Translations under genes and position numbers: made by a program
The notes under the pieces: generated by a model
Database searches by the model: none
Seen by the model: only the letters and a program-made list of their open reading frames with translations
What the model was told of the DNA's origin: nothing
In this document: positions 54,999 through 64,000 of the stretch, piece after piece
How positions within the stretch are numbered: position 1 is the stretch's first letter
Layout: every line of letters begins with the position of its first letter
NCBI GenBank assembly: GCA_965216755.1
Contig: CBDCGL010000011.1
Coordinates: 1,440,001-1,504,000 of the forward strand
Length of the DNA stretch: 64,000 bases
Direction: 5' to 3'
DNA from: Alphaproteobacteria bacterium
Lineage (GTDB): Bacteria > Pseudomonadota > Alphaproteobacteria > UBA7887

Positions 54999-55985
54999 AA
55001 CCACCTTGTGGGGTTCGCCATCGGGGTTGGCAAAAATAAGCCGCAGCGTCTCAGACAACGGTCGTACTTCGGCCGCCGCAAGCAATCCCAAACGGGTCAT
55101 TTCTGCGTGACAGGCCGGTAAGTTGTAATGCGGTATGGCCGGGTAGAGATGATGCTCGATATGATAATTGACGTAATGCGGAAACAGTAAAACACGCAGC
55201 CAGGTCGGTGCGATGTTCGTGCGTGCGGCGGTAATCGGTTGGGTCACGTCCGGCACGGCGCCATGCTCGCAAATCGCACGCAGGCGCAAGATGGCCTGCA
55301 ACATCGTGACCAACGGCAAAACCCAAAGCACCAAATACGCGACCCCATACCCTGACGCGAAGGCGACGGCCAGCGCCAGTGCGTGAAAACCAATCACCAA
55401 CCAACGATCACGTCGCGCCGCAGCCCGCAACACTGGAGAGGTATCGTCGATCGGCCGGCTGGCTTGGTTGGTCGCGATATTCAGCGCCGGTGCGCCAAAG
55501 AAATAGGCGTAGGTCTTCCACGCCGTCAGTCCGGCCAAATCCTTGACCAGTTTACCGATCAAATACCCGCGGCCACGCGGATAGCCGGCATGCAACGGTA
55601 TGTCCGGGTCTTGGGGGCCGTAAAGATGGTTGTGGTGCAGTCGATGCACAACCCGGTACGTACACATGGAAATACCGGCGATCGTTGCGCAAATGCGGCC
55701 GATCAGGTCGTTGAGCCATCGCTCGCGATAAAGACGGTAGTGCGCGGCGTCATGCGCCAAAACAAACAGTGCCTGTTGCCTGGTTGCGATGACGATCAGG
55801 GCCGGCACGATGACCAATGGATGCCACCAAATCACGGGGATTGCGACGCTCGCCGAAAGCGCGCCGAAAGTGATCGCGACCGACAACGTCGCTTTGCGGT
55901 CGTCGATGCGACTCAAAGCCTTGACCCGCGAGGCCGGCAGACCCCTGGCCCGCCGATCATCCCTGAACTCTTCGCCGCGATGCAT
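54993..55985 (-). CDS. Membrane fatty-acid-desaturase-family di-iron enzyme
   Basis: Three His boxes HDAAH, HRLHH and HIEHH, plus CEH and P.YNLP. Confidence 0.88.
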   Translation of the reverse strand: MHRGEEFRDDRRARGLPASRVKALSRIDDRKATLSVAITFGALSASVAIPVIWWHPLVIVPALIVIATRQQALFVLAHDAAHYRLYRERWLNDLIGRICATIAGISMCTYRVVHRLHHNHLYGPQDPDIPLHAGYPRGRGYLIGKLVKDLAGLTAWKTYAYFFGAPALNIATNQASRPIDDTSPVLRAAARRDRWLVIGFHALALAVAFASGYGVAYLVLWVLPLVTMLQAILRLRAICEHGAVPDVTQPITAARTNIAPTWLRVLLFPHYVNYHIEHHLYPAIPHYNLPACHAEMTRLGLLAAAEVRPLSETLRLIFANPDGEPHKVVL

Positions 55986-56143
55986 ATTGTCGCGCCTTTC
56001 CCGGCCCCATGTCCGCCAGTTTAGCATGGCCTGGCACGATTCCATCTTGACGCGCCACCGCGCCACCAACATCGTGCGTGGGGTCTTGCGCGTGTGCCGC
56101 CACGGCCTCCGACCAATCTGTGCCTCTAGTCAAGGGTGCGATC

Positions 56144-57316
56144 ATGATCCCGAATCAATTGCCATCGCTAGATTTTCATTTGGGTGAGACGGCCGACATG
56201 CTGCGCGACACCGTGGCGTCGTTCACCGCCGACGAGATTGCGCCGCGCGCCGCGCAGATCGACGAAAGAAATGATTTTCCAGACGATTTATGGCGCAAGT
56301 TCGGAGATTTGGGGTTACTCGGGATTACCGTCGAAGAGGAATACGGCGGTGCCGGCTTGGGTTACCTGGAACATGTTGTCGCGATGGAAGAAATTAGCCG
56401 GGGGTCCGCGGCCGTAGGCTTGTCCTACGGCGCCCATTCAAACCTGTGCGTCAACCAAATCCGCCGCAACGGCAATGACGACCAGAAGCGGCGCTATATC
56501 GAGAAACTGATATCCGGTGAGCACGTCGGTGCCTTGGCCATGAGCGAACCGGGCTCAGGCTCGGATGTTGTTTCCATGCGCACGCGCGCGGTCAAGAAAG
56601 GTGACCGCTACATCCTGAATGGCAGCAAAATGTGGATCACCAACGGGCCGGATGCGGACGTTTTGGTGATTTACGCCAAGACCGATCCAGATGCCGGCCC
56701 ACGCGGCATTACCGCGTTTCTGGTTGAAAAAGGCTTCAAGGGTTTTTCCACTGCACAAAAGCTCGACAAACTTGGCATGCGTGGCTCGAACACTTGTGAG
56801 CTGGTTTTCCAGGACTGCGAAGTTCCGGAGGAGAATGTGCTTGGACCGCTCAACAAAGGAGTCAACGTGCTGATGAGTGGCCTGGACTATGAGCGTGCGG
56901 TCTTGTCCGGCGGACCACTTGGGCTGATGCAGAATTGCATGGATATCGTTGTGCCTTACGTCCATGAGCGGAAGCAATTCGGACAAGCGATCGGTACGTT
57001 TCAGCTCATGCAAGGCAAATTGGCCGATATGTACACAACCATGAACGCGTGCCGCGCCTATGTGTACGCGGTCGCACGCGCGTGCGACGCCGGCCAAACG
57101 ACGCGTAAGGACGCCGCCGGCGCCATCTTGTTTGCGGCCGAAAAGTCGGTTTGGATGGCACTCGAGGCGATCCAATGCCTGGGCGGCAATGGCTACATCA
57201 ACGAGTACCCGACTGGACGGCTGTTACGGGACGCCAAACTCTATGAAATAGGTGCCGGCACGCAGGAGATCCGGCGCATGTTGATTGGCCGCGAGCTGTT
57301 TGAGGAGACGGCATGA
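56144..57316 (+). CDS. liuA: Isovaleryl-CoA dehydrogenase
   Basis: [13 protein letters not shown]; [14 protein letters not shown]; KMWITNGP; GLDYER; [18 protein letters not shown]. Confidence 0.95.
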   Translation: MIPNQLPSLDFHLGETADMLRDTVASFTADEIAPRAAQIDERNDFPDDLWRKFGDLGLLGITVEEEYGGAGLGYLEHVVAMEEISRGSAAVGLSYGAHSNLCVNQIRRNGNDDQKRRYIEKLISGEHVGALAMSEPGSGSDVVSMRTRAVKKGDRYILNGSKMWITNGPDADVLVIYAKTDPDAGPRGITAFLVEKGFKGFSTAQKLDKLGMRGSNTCELVFQDCEVPEENVLGPLNKGVNVLMSGLDYERAVLSGGPLGLMQNCMDIVVPYVHERKQFGQAIGTFQLMQGKLADMYTTMNACRAYVYAVARACDAGQTTRKDAAGAILFAAEKSVWMALEAIQCLGGNGYINEYPTGRLLRDAKLYEIGAGTQEIRRMLIGRELFEETA

Positions 57317-58188
57317 TGACATTGCGGCACATGCTGGCCGCGGCCTGCGCGGTTTGCCTGCTCTCGTCGGCGGCCGGCAGCGCGCGTGCGCAAGACCGCC
57401 CCATCGGCCTCGGCGTGATCGACTTGTCGTTCTATGCGGTCTCGGGTGCGATCGTTGAACATGTGCTGGAGCGCCTCGGCCATGATGTCGATGTCGTGCG
57501 CGGCCCGCACAACGTGCTATTCCCGAAGCTCGCCGAGGGCAAGATCGACCTGCTCAACGCGGTCTGGCTGCCGCACGCCCACAAGACCTATTGGCAGCGC
57601 TACGGTGCCGACGCGATGGAGATCACGACTCTTTACGACGGCGCGCGTCTGATGTGGGCCGTACCTGACTATGTTCCGGAAAGCGTGGTGGCCGCAATCT
57701 ATGACCTGCCGAAACTCGGCATTGTCGAGCGCATGGACAAGACTATTCAGGGAACCGGTCCCGGCTCTGGCCTGACAATCCGATCTATCGCGATGATGGA
57801 CGCGTACGGACTGGCCGGCGCCGGATACCAATTCAAACCGGGCTCAGAGGCGCAGTGGCGCAACGCCATACGTCGTGCCTTTGATGAAAAACGGTGGATC
57901 GTAATCCCCACGAGCGTGCCACGCTTTGTCACTCACGCTTACGGCGTGCGCGCGCTAAAGGATACCAAAGGCTCGCTGGGCGAAAGCAACCGCGTTGTGC
58001 TGGCTGCGGCGCCCGGAAGCGACGACGCACTGTCATCTACGAGCCTTGATGTGTTGCGGCGCATCAAGCTGACCACGGACGCCGTGGCCGCCATGGATTA
58101 CACCGTTGTTGTCGACGGATTGACCGCGAAAGCCGCAGCGCAACAATGGATTGGCGCAAATACGACAATTGTCGAAAGCTGGTTTTGA
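57313..58188 (+). CDS. OpuAC/ProX-like glycine-betaine-type substrate-binding protein
   Basis: Signal peptide; L..G.ID....WLP..H..Y; AVPDY; G..PGSG; AA..WI; ATGA overlap with liuA. Confidence 0.8.
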   Translation: MMTLRHMLAAACAVCLLSSAAGSARAQDRPIGLGVIDLSFYAVSGAIVEHVLERLGHDVDVVRGPHNVLFPKLAEGKIDLLNAVWLPHAHKTYWQRYGADAMEITTLYDGARLMWAVPDYVPESVVAAIYDLPKLGIVERMDKTIQGTGPGSGLTIRSIAMMDAYGLAGAGYQFKPGSEAQWRNAIRRAFDEKRWIVIPTSVPRFVTHAYGVRALKDTKGSLGESNRVVLAAAPGSDDALSSTSLDVLRRIKLTTDAVAAMDYTVVVDGLTAKAAAQQWIGANTTIVESWF

Positions 58189-58374
58189 CGGTCGAAGACC
58201 AGCGTCCGCGCAAGATGTCTTCGCAAGTGCACAAAAATATGTATAGTAGAGTTGTGGCGCGCCGCTGATTTGCTGTGTCGGTTCGATTTGGGTAAGCCAG
58301 TCCGGCTACTGTGTCGGCGCGCGATTCAGCCGAATATATAACGGACGAACAGCTAAAGTCAGGGAGAAGGACCT

Positions 58375-59562
58375 ATGGCCGAAGATCCGATCGTCATTGT
58401 GGGCATGGCCCGCACGCCAATGGGCAGCTTTCAAGGCGCGCTCGCGACAGCGACCGCACCTCAGCTTGGGACAACCGCGATCAAGGGCGCGCTTGAACGC
58501 GCCGGCGTCGGCGCCGACGATGTCGATGAAGTGATCATGGGATGCGTTTTGCCGGCCGGCCAAGGCCAAGCGCCGGCCCGCCAGGCCGCGATCGGTGCCG
58601 GACTACCGGTTGATGTCGGCGCAACGACGATCAACAAAATGTGCGGCTCAGGCATGAAAGCGACCATGTTTGCGTGCGACATGCTCGATGCCGGCAGTGC
58701 GAACATTATGATCGCAGGCGGCCTGGAAAGCATGACCAACGCGCCGTATCTGTTGCCAAAGGCACGCGCCGGCTATCGGATGGGCCACCAAGAGGTCAAA
58801 GACCACATGTTCTTGGACGGGCTAGAAGATGCTTACGAGCCGGGCCGCCTGATGGGCGCTTACGCCGAGGCCACGGCCGAAGCCTATCAGTTTACCCGAG
58901 AGGCCCAGGACGAATTCGCCATCACGTCGCTCAAACGTGCCAAACAGGCAAACGAGGACGGCAGCTTTGATCGCGAGACCGTGCCGGTAACCATCAAGAC
59001 CCGGAAAGGCGAAACGGTCGTCGATAAGGACGAGCAGCCGTTCAACGCCAATATCGAGAAGATTCCCTCGTTGCGGCCGGCGTTCGCCAAAGACGGCACG
59101 GTGACGGCGGCAAATTCCAGCTCGATTTCCGACGGCGCCGCGGCGCTGGTCATGATGCGTCGCTCAGAATCCGAAAAGCGCGGTTTGACGCCGCTGGCAA
59201 CGATCGTCGCCCACACGACCCACAGCCAAGAGCCGCGCTGGTTTACCACAGCGCCGATCGGCGCTGTGCGCAAGGTTCTGGAAAAGGCCGGCTGGAGCCC
59301 GGAGTCGGTCGACTTGTTCGAAGTCAATGAGGCCTTTGCCGTGGTGACCATGGCGGCGATGAAAGATCTCAATCTGGCCCACGAAAGGGTAAACATCCAT
59401 GGCGGCGCGTGCGCCCTGGGTCATCCAATCGGTGCGTCTGGCGCGCGTATCATTTGTTCGCTGATCGGCGCCATGCAGAAGGAAGGCGCGAAACGCGGCA
59501 TCGCGTCACTGTGCATCGGCGGCGGCGAGGGCACCGCACTCGCGCTCGAAATGGCAGCTTAG
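58375..59562 (+). CDS. Acetyl-CoA acyltransferase (thiolase)
   Basis: ARTPMG.F.G; NKMCGSG; NEAFA; GHPIGASG; CIGGGEG. Confidence 0.95.
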   Translation: MAEDPIVIVGMARTPMGSFQGALATATAPQLGTTAIKGALERAGVGADDVDEVIMGCVLPAGQGQAPARQAAIGAGLPVDVGATTINKMCGSGMKATMFACDMLDAGSANIMIAGGLESMTNAPYLLPKARAGYRMGHQEVKDHMFLDGLEDAYEPGRLMGAYAEATAEAYQFTREAQDEFAITSLKRAKQANEDGSFDRETVPVTIKTRKGETVVDKDEQPFNANIEKIPSLRPAFAKDGTVTAANSSSISDGAAALVMMRRSESEKRGLTPLATIVAHTTHSQEPRWFTTAPIGAVRKVLEKAGWSPESVDLFEVNEAFAVVTMAAMKDLNLAHERVNIHGGACALGHPIGASGARIICSLIGAMQKEGAKRGIASLCIGGGEGTALALEMAA

Positions 59563-59591
59563 ATCAGACCAAAGCTATGTTGTGACCATGG

Positions 59592-59630
59592 GGGCGCGGC
59601 CAAACACATTGGCCGCGTCCTTCTTGTTCT
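59592..59630 (+). terminator. Hairpin terminator between convergent thiolase and mgtE
   Basis: GGGCGCGGCCAA-ACACA-TTGGCCGCGTCC followed by TTCTTGTTCT. Confidence 0.6.
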
Positions 59631-59651
59631 GTGGCCGAATTCACCCGATGG

Positions 59652-61049
59652 TCAAAGCAGGATCGCTTTGGCCAGAGCCAGAAAGGCGAAAAAGCCAAGT
59701 ACGTCGGTGACGGTGGTGAGGAGAACAGCACCAGCCACGGCGGGGTCGATTCCTGCCCGTGACAGCCCGAGCGGAATAAGAAACCCGGACACCGCGGCAA
59801 CCAACAAATTGACGATCAAGGCGAGCCCGATAACCACGCCGATCATGACGCTGGCGAACCACAAGCCGGCCACCAAACCAGTCAACAACGCAAACGCGAT
59901 CCCGTTGTAGCCGCCGACAAGCACCTCTTTCCACAAGGTTCGCCCGGCGTTAACCGCCGTCAATTCGTGGGTCGCCAGCGCGCGAACCGCCACCGTGAGC
60001 GTCTGCGTACCGGCATTGCCGCCCATCGAGGCGACAATCGGCATCAACACCGCCAATGCGACGAGCTGTTCAATGGTGTCGGCGAAAAACGCAATTGTCA
60101 CCGAGGCCAATATCGCGGTGAACAAATTGACCAACAGCCAAGTGAAGCGCTTCGAGGCCGTTCGCATGGCACCCAGATGCAGGTCGCCTTCCGACGACAC
60201 GCCGCCCAGGCGATGAATGTCTTCGCCGGCCTCTTCTTGGATCACGTCAACCACGTCGTCGACAGTAATTTGGCCGATCAGGCGGCCACTAGGTTCGATG
60301 ACGGCGGCTGACATCAAATCGTACTGATCGAACATGAACGCGACTTCTTCCTGGTCCATTTCGACCGGTATAAGTCGCTGATCACGCTCCATAATTTCGC
60401 TAATTGGAACCGGCCGGCGGGTGCGCATGGCGCGGCTTAGCGGGACAGTGCCAGCCGGCATATGTTTCGGATCAACGACAAAGATCTCGTAGAAGTCGTT
60501 GGGCAACTCGTCTGTTTCACGCAGCCAATCGATGACGTCACCGACAGTCCAGTATTCCGGCACCGCGACACAGTCGCGCTGCATAATGCGGCCCGCGCTG
60601 TCCTCCGGATAGGCGAGCGCTTCGGCGACCAAGCCTCGGTCGGCGGCGGGCATCGCGTTGAGCACGGCGTCTTGATCGGCCGGCGTCAGACCTTCCAACA
60701 AATTCGCCGCGTCGTCGGTTTCCAACCGTGCAGCGACGGCAGCCAATGTGTCTGGGGCCAATCCTTTGAGCACGTCGTCGCGGACATGCTCGCCGATCTC
60801 AGCCAAGACCTCTGGATCAACCTGTGGTCCGAGTACAGTGATCAACTCCGCGCGCTGATCCGCCGCTAAGGCTTCGATGATGTCTGCCAAGTCGGCCGCA
60901 TGGAGCGGCGCGACCAAACGTCGCGCGGTCTCCGGCCGCCCGTCGCGCAGGGCCTCGGCAACCTCGCGCACCAGATCGGTAGTTACGACAAACGGCTCGC
61001 CGGCACCGTCCGTCGGCGGCACGCCGCCTATGGGTGACGGTTCGGTCAT
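59652..61049 (-). CDS. mgtE: Magnesium transporter MgtE
   Basis: HAADLAD; YPEDSAGRIM; CBS pair; MPIVASMGGNAG.Q; DPA....LTT.TD..GF. Confidence 0.95.
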   Translation of the reverse strand: MTEPSPIGGVPPTDGAGEPFVVTTDLVREVAEALRDGRPETARRLVAPLHAADLADIIEALAADQRAELITVLGPQVDPEVLAEIGEHVRDDVLKGLAPDTLAAVAARLETDDAANLLEGLTPADQDAVLNAMPAADRGLVAEALAYPEDSAGRIMQRDCVAVPEYWTVGDVIDWLRETDELPNDFYEIFVVDPKHMPAGTVPLSRAMRTRRPVPISEIMERDQRLIPVEMDQEEVAFMFDQYDLMSAAVIEPSGRLIGQITVDDVVDVIQEEAGEDIHRLGGVSSEGDLHLGAMRTASKRFTWLLVNLFTAILASVTIAFFADTIEQLVALAVLMPIVASMGGNAGTQTLTVAVRALATHELTAVNAGRTLWKEVLVGGYNGIAFALLTGLVAGLWFASVMIGVVIGLALIVNLLVAAVSGFLIPLGLSRAGIDPAVAGAVLLTTVTDVLGFFAFLALAKAILL

Positions 61050-63328
61050 TACATATTGATCGCGTGATCTTGAGCGTCGACGACGGTCAAAGCGGCGATG
61101 TTGACGATGCCACGCACAGTCACCGACGGAGTCATAATGTGCGCCGGACCAGCCGCGCCCATCAAAACCGGACCGACATTGATGCCATCACCCAAAGCCT
61201 TGGCGAAGTTGTAGGCAATGTTGGCCGCGTCGCGGTTCGGCATCACCAGCAGATTGGCCGCACCCGCAAGGGTCCCGTTGGGCAACAAGCTTTGTCGCAC
61301 GGTCTCGCGTAACGCGGAATCCGCATGCATTTCGCCATCGATTTCCAAATCGGGAACCAAAGAGCGAATGATGGCCAAAGCCTCACGCATGGTTTCCGCC
61401 TCAGGCGCGTCGGAGCTGCCAAAGTTTGAGTGGGACAGCAAAGCCGCCTTCGGCACAATCCCGAAACGCCGCACCTCTTCGGCTGCAAGAACCGTCATTT
61501 CCGCCAATTGCTGCGGGTTTGGCGCCTGCACGATATGTGTGTCCAAGATGAAATAGGCCCCGCTCGGCAAAATCAGCACTTGCATGGCATATGGACTACT
61601 CACGCCACTGCGTAGGCCAATGACGTCGGCGATGGTCCGCAAATGGTCGTCGTAACGGCCGTTTGGCCCCGCCAACAAGCCGTCCGCTTCACCGCGTCGT
61701 ACCATCAGCGCGGCGATCGCCGTGAAATTGGTCCGAATCGCAATGCGCGCCGCGCTGCGCGTGACCCCCCGACGCCCCATGAAATCGTGATATTGCGTGG
61801 TATAGTCGTTGTAGCGAGGATCGTCCTCAGGGTCACATAGCTCGACATCACGACCAATCTGCAACCGGAGTCCGTAACGTTCGATCCGGTTCTCGACCGG
61901 GCGACGACGACCAATCAGAATGGGTTGCGCGAAGCCTTCGTCGACGATCACTTGGGCGGCGCGGAGAACGCGCTCTTCCTCACCTTCGGAAAAGACAATC
62001 CGTTTCGGAGCGTTTTTTGCGCTTTGGAAGACGCCGCGCATCACCAGGGAAGAACGAAACACAAACTGCTCTAGGCGCAGGCGATAGGCGTTCAAGTCCT
62101 CGACCGTGCGCGTTGCGACACCCGTTTGCATGGCGGCTTCCGCGACCGCCGGGGCAATCGCACCTAACAAGCGCGGATCAAACGGCCGCGGCAAAATATA
62201 GTCCTGTCCGAATTGCGCGGTTTGGCCGCCATAGGCACGGTCGACGACGTCAGACGACTCGGCCATGGCCAGATCCGCAATGGCATGTACGCACGCCTGT
62301 TTCATCTCCGCATTGATGGTTGTCGCGCCAACATCGAGGGCACCGCGGAATATGAAGGGAAAGCACAGCACGTTGTTCACTTGGTTCGGATAGTCGGAAC
62401 GTCCGGTGGCAATTACAGCGTCCGGGCGCGCCGCCCGGGCCGCCTCCGGGCGAATTTCCGGGTCTGGATTGGCAAGGGCCAAGACCAGCGGCTTATCTGC
62501 CATGGTTTCGAGCCACGCGGGCTTGAGCACGTCCGGCGCGGACAGGCCGAGAAAAATATCCGCGCCCTTAATGGCCTGCTCCAGGGTGCGCAATTCTGTC
62601 TTGATCGCGTAACGCGATTTTTCGGGATCCATTTCCCGCTTTCGGCCCTGATAAACAACGCCAACAATGTCGGTGGCAACGATGTGCTCTTTCGGTAATC
62701 CAAGCGCGACCAATTGATCGAGGCAAGCAAGCGCCGCCGCGCCAGCACCCGATGTGACGAGCTTCGCCTCAGCAAGGTCTTTGCCGACCAAACGCAGGCC
62801 GTTGACAATCGCGGCCGCGACAATAATGGCAGTCCCATGCTGGTCGTCATGGAACACGGGAATGCCCATGCGATCGCGCAAGGCGCGCTCCACTGCAAAA
62901 CACTCTGGAGCCCGAATATCTTCCAGATTTATCCCGCCAAATGTCGGTTCCAGGCTGGCGATGATGTCGACCAATTTATCGGGGTCACGCTCGTCGATCT
63001 CGATGTCGAAGACATCGATCCCAGCGAACTTTTTGAATAGCACGGCCTTGCCTTCCATGACCGGTTTTGCCGCCAATGGCCCAATCGCACCGAGCCCTAG
63101 CACCGCCGTGCCGTTACTGATGACGGCGACCAGATTTGCCCGGCTGGTGACATCCCGCGCCGCTGTCGGATCGGCGCTGATAGCTTCGCAAGCCGCGGCG
63201 ACACCCGGTGAATAGGCCAGCGCCAAATCGCGCTGATTGGCGAGTGCTTTGGTGGGAACAACTTCCAACTTCCCGGGCTGCGGCTCCCGGTGATACTCCA
63301 ACGCACTGTCGCGGAAAGTCCCGGTCAT
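61049..63328 (-). CDS. maeB: NADP-dependent malic enzyme with C-terminal PTA-like domain
   Basis: LAYSPGVA; NGTAVLGLG; KPVMEGK; NLEDI; HDDQHGT; TGRSD.PNQ.NN; LLSHSNFGS; DGEMHAD; TAATG overlap with mgtE. Confidence 0.95.
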   Translation of the reverse strand: MTGTFRDSALEYHREPQPGKLEVVPTKALANQRDLALAYSPGVAAACEAISADPTAARDVTSRANLVAVISNGTAVLGLGAIGPLAAKPVMEGKAVLFKKFAGIDVFDIEIDERDPDKLVDIIASLEPTFGGINLEDIRAPECFAVERALRDRMGIPVFHDDQHGTAIIVAAAIVNGLRLVGKDLAEAKLVTSGAGAAALACLDQLVALGLPKEHIVATDIVGVVYQGRKREMDPEKSRYAIKTELRTLEQAIKGADIFLGLSAPDVLKPAWLETMADKPLVLALANPDPEIRPEAARAARPDAVIATGRSDYPNQVNNVLCFPFIFRGALDVGATTINAEMKQACVHAIADLAMAESSDVVDRAYGGQTAQFGQDYILPRPFDPRLLGAIAPAVAEAAMQTGVATRTVEDLNAYRLRLEQFVFRSSLVMRGVFQSAKNAPKRIVFSEGEEERVLRAAQVIVDEGFAQPILIGRRRPVENRIERYGLRLQIGRDVELCDPEDDPRYNDYTTQYHDFMGRRGVTRSAARIAIRTNFTAIAALMVRRGEADGLLAGPNGRYDDHLRTIADVIGLRSGVSSPYAMQVLILPSGAYFILDTHIVQAPNPQQLAEMTVLAAEEVRRFGIVPKAALLSHSNFGSSDAPEAETMREALAIIRSLVPDLEIDGEMHADSALRETVRQSLLPNGTLAGAANLLVMPNRDAANIAYNFAKALGDGINVGPVLMGAAGPAHIMTPSVTVRGIVNIAALTVVDAQDHAINM

Positions 63329-63478
63329 GACGCCCCCGTCGGCTCGAGCGACCTTGCCTGGTTATCGGCGACGCTCTGATTTTGGCGCGAAACCACGGCG
63401 CCACGGTGTTATGAAAGTTGAGATCAATCGAAAAGGCGCGCCACAACACGCCGTGCGACGACTTAGGCGCCATGAAAT

Positions 63479-63565
63479 TGGTGCGGTCGAGAAGACTCGA
63501 ACTTCCACGGGGTCTCCCCCACAGCGACCTCAACGCTGCGCGTCTACCAGTTCCGCCACGACCGC
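63479..63565 (-). tRNA. tRNA-Leu(GAG)
   Basis: Minus strand GCGGTCG TGGCGGAACTGGTAGACGC GCAGCG-TTGAGGT-CGCTG, long variable arm, GGAAG-TTCGAGT-CTTCT, CGACCGC-ACCA; 87 nt with encoded CCA. Confidence 0.97.
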
Positions 63566-63655
63566 GCTATGCCAAGGCGCACCGCAAGGTGCAACCGGCA
63601 CTGGGCGGGCATAACAAATCTGTTGGGCCGACGCAACACGTGATAGCGTGCGATC

Positions 63656-64000
63656 ATGATTGCCGTTGAATGGAAGATATCTGAAAGGTCAATAGGTTAC
63701 CCAGAAGCCGTTGAGGCCATGGAAGAACGCGTGGCGGCGATTTACGCCGGCCGGGCACAGGAATTGGCCTGGTTGCTTGAACATCCGCCGATCTATACCA
63801 AAGGTACCAGCGCCGACCTTTCCGAGCTTGTCGACGCCTCCCGTTTCCCCGTCTATGAAACCGGTCGTGGCGGCCGCTACACGTACCATGGTCCCGGCCA
63901 GCGCGTCGTCTACGTGATGCTTAACCTTGACCGGCCAGGCCGTGTCGGGCGCGGTCGAGACTTGCGTCGCTATGTTCGCAATTTGGAAGATTGGCTCATC
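63656..64000 (+). CDS. lipB: Lipoyl(octanoyl) transferase (5' part only; runs off the right edge)
   Basis: Not in the ORF track; hand translation [26 protein letters not shown]...[14 protein letters not shown]...[21 protein letters not shown]. Confidence 0.93.
   Translation, partial: MIAVEWKISERSIGYPEAVEAMEERVAAIYAGRAQELAWLLEHPPIYTKGTSADLSELVDASRFPVYETGRGGRYTYHGPGQRVVYVMLNLDRPGRVGRGRDLRRYVRNLEDWLI

Noticed and set aside
63329-63565. tRNA-Leu as an integration site
   Set aside because: No integrase and no duplicated tRNA 3' end were seen in the window; the flanks are housekeeping genes.

Overview
A 64 kb, roughly 60% GC chromosomal window from an alphaproteobacterium (Rhodospirillales-like, inferred from gene style, the tRNA-Leu/lipB/mgtE neighbourhood and a ChvI-like regulator). 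From left to right it contains: (1) a minus-strand quinoprotein cluster of an exported HEAT-repeat protein, a DUF1194 VWA-like protein, a NosR/NirI-type FMN/4Fe-4S membrane protein, a PQQ alcohol dehydrogenase with the lanthanide-type D-x-D motif, and a truncated XoxJ/MxaJ-like binding protein; (2) prkA(yeaG)-yeaH-spoVR(ycgB); (3) a cytochrome c, a thioredoxin/CcdA-like fusion and a Rap1a-like protein, followed by a collapsed chemoreceptor remnant; (4) a class V aminotransferase, an SDR, lpxB, a methyltransferase and a GnnA-like oxidoreductase; (5) a lipoprotein, ChvI-like regulator and sensor kinase; (6) three c-di-GMP enzymes around a persulfide dioxygenase-rhodanese fusion; (7) amidohydrolases, hydroxypyruvate isomerase and leucine dehydrogenase; (8) a 3.85 kb accessory block (GlcG/HbpS, DUF4437, AraC, MerR, CDF transporter, DUF411) bracketed by two related inverted-repeat elements of about 90 bp; (9) a leucine catabolic region (liuA-D, thiolase, acyl-CoA dehydrogenase) interleaved with unrelated genes, including a K+ channel inside liuBCD; (10) mgtE, maeB, tRNA-Leu(GAG) and partial lipB. 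No transposase, integrase, prophage, rRNA or CRISPR array was seen. The best leads are the lanthanide-type ADH/NosR-like/VWA/HEAT cluster, the twin hairpin elements bounding a cargo block, and the K+ channel in the liu operon. All family calls come from motif recognition by eye, not database searches.
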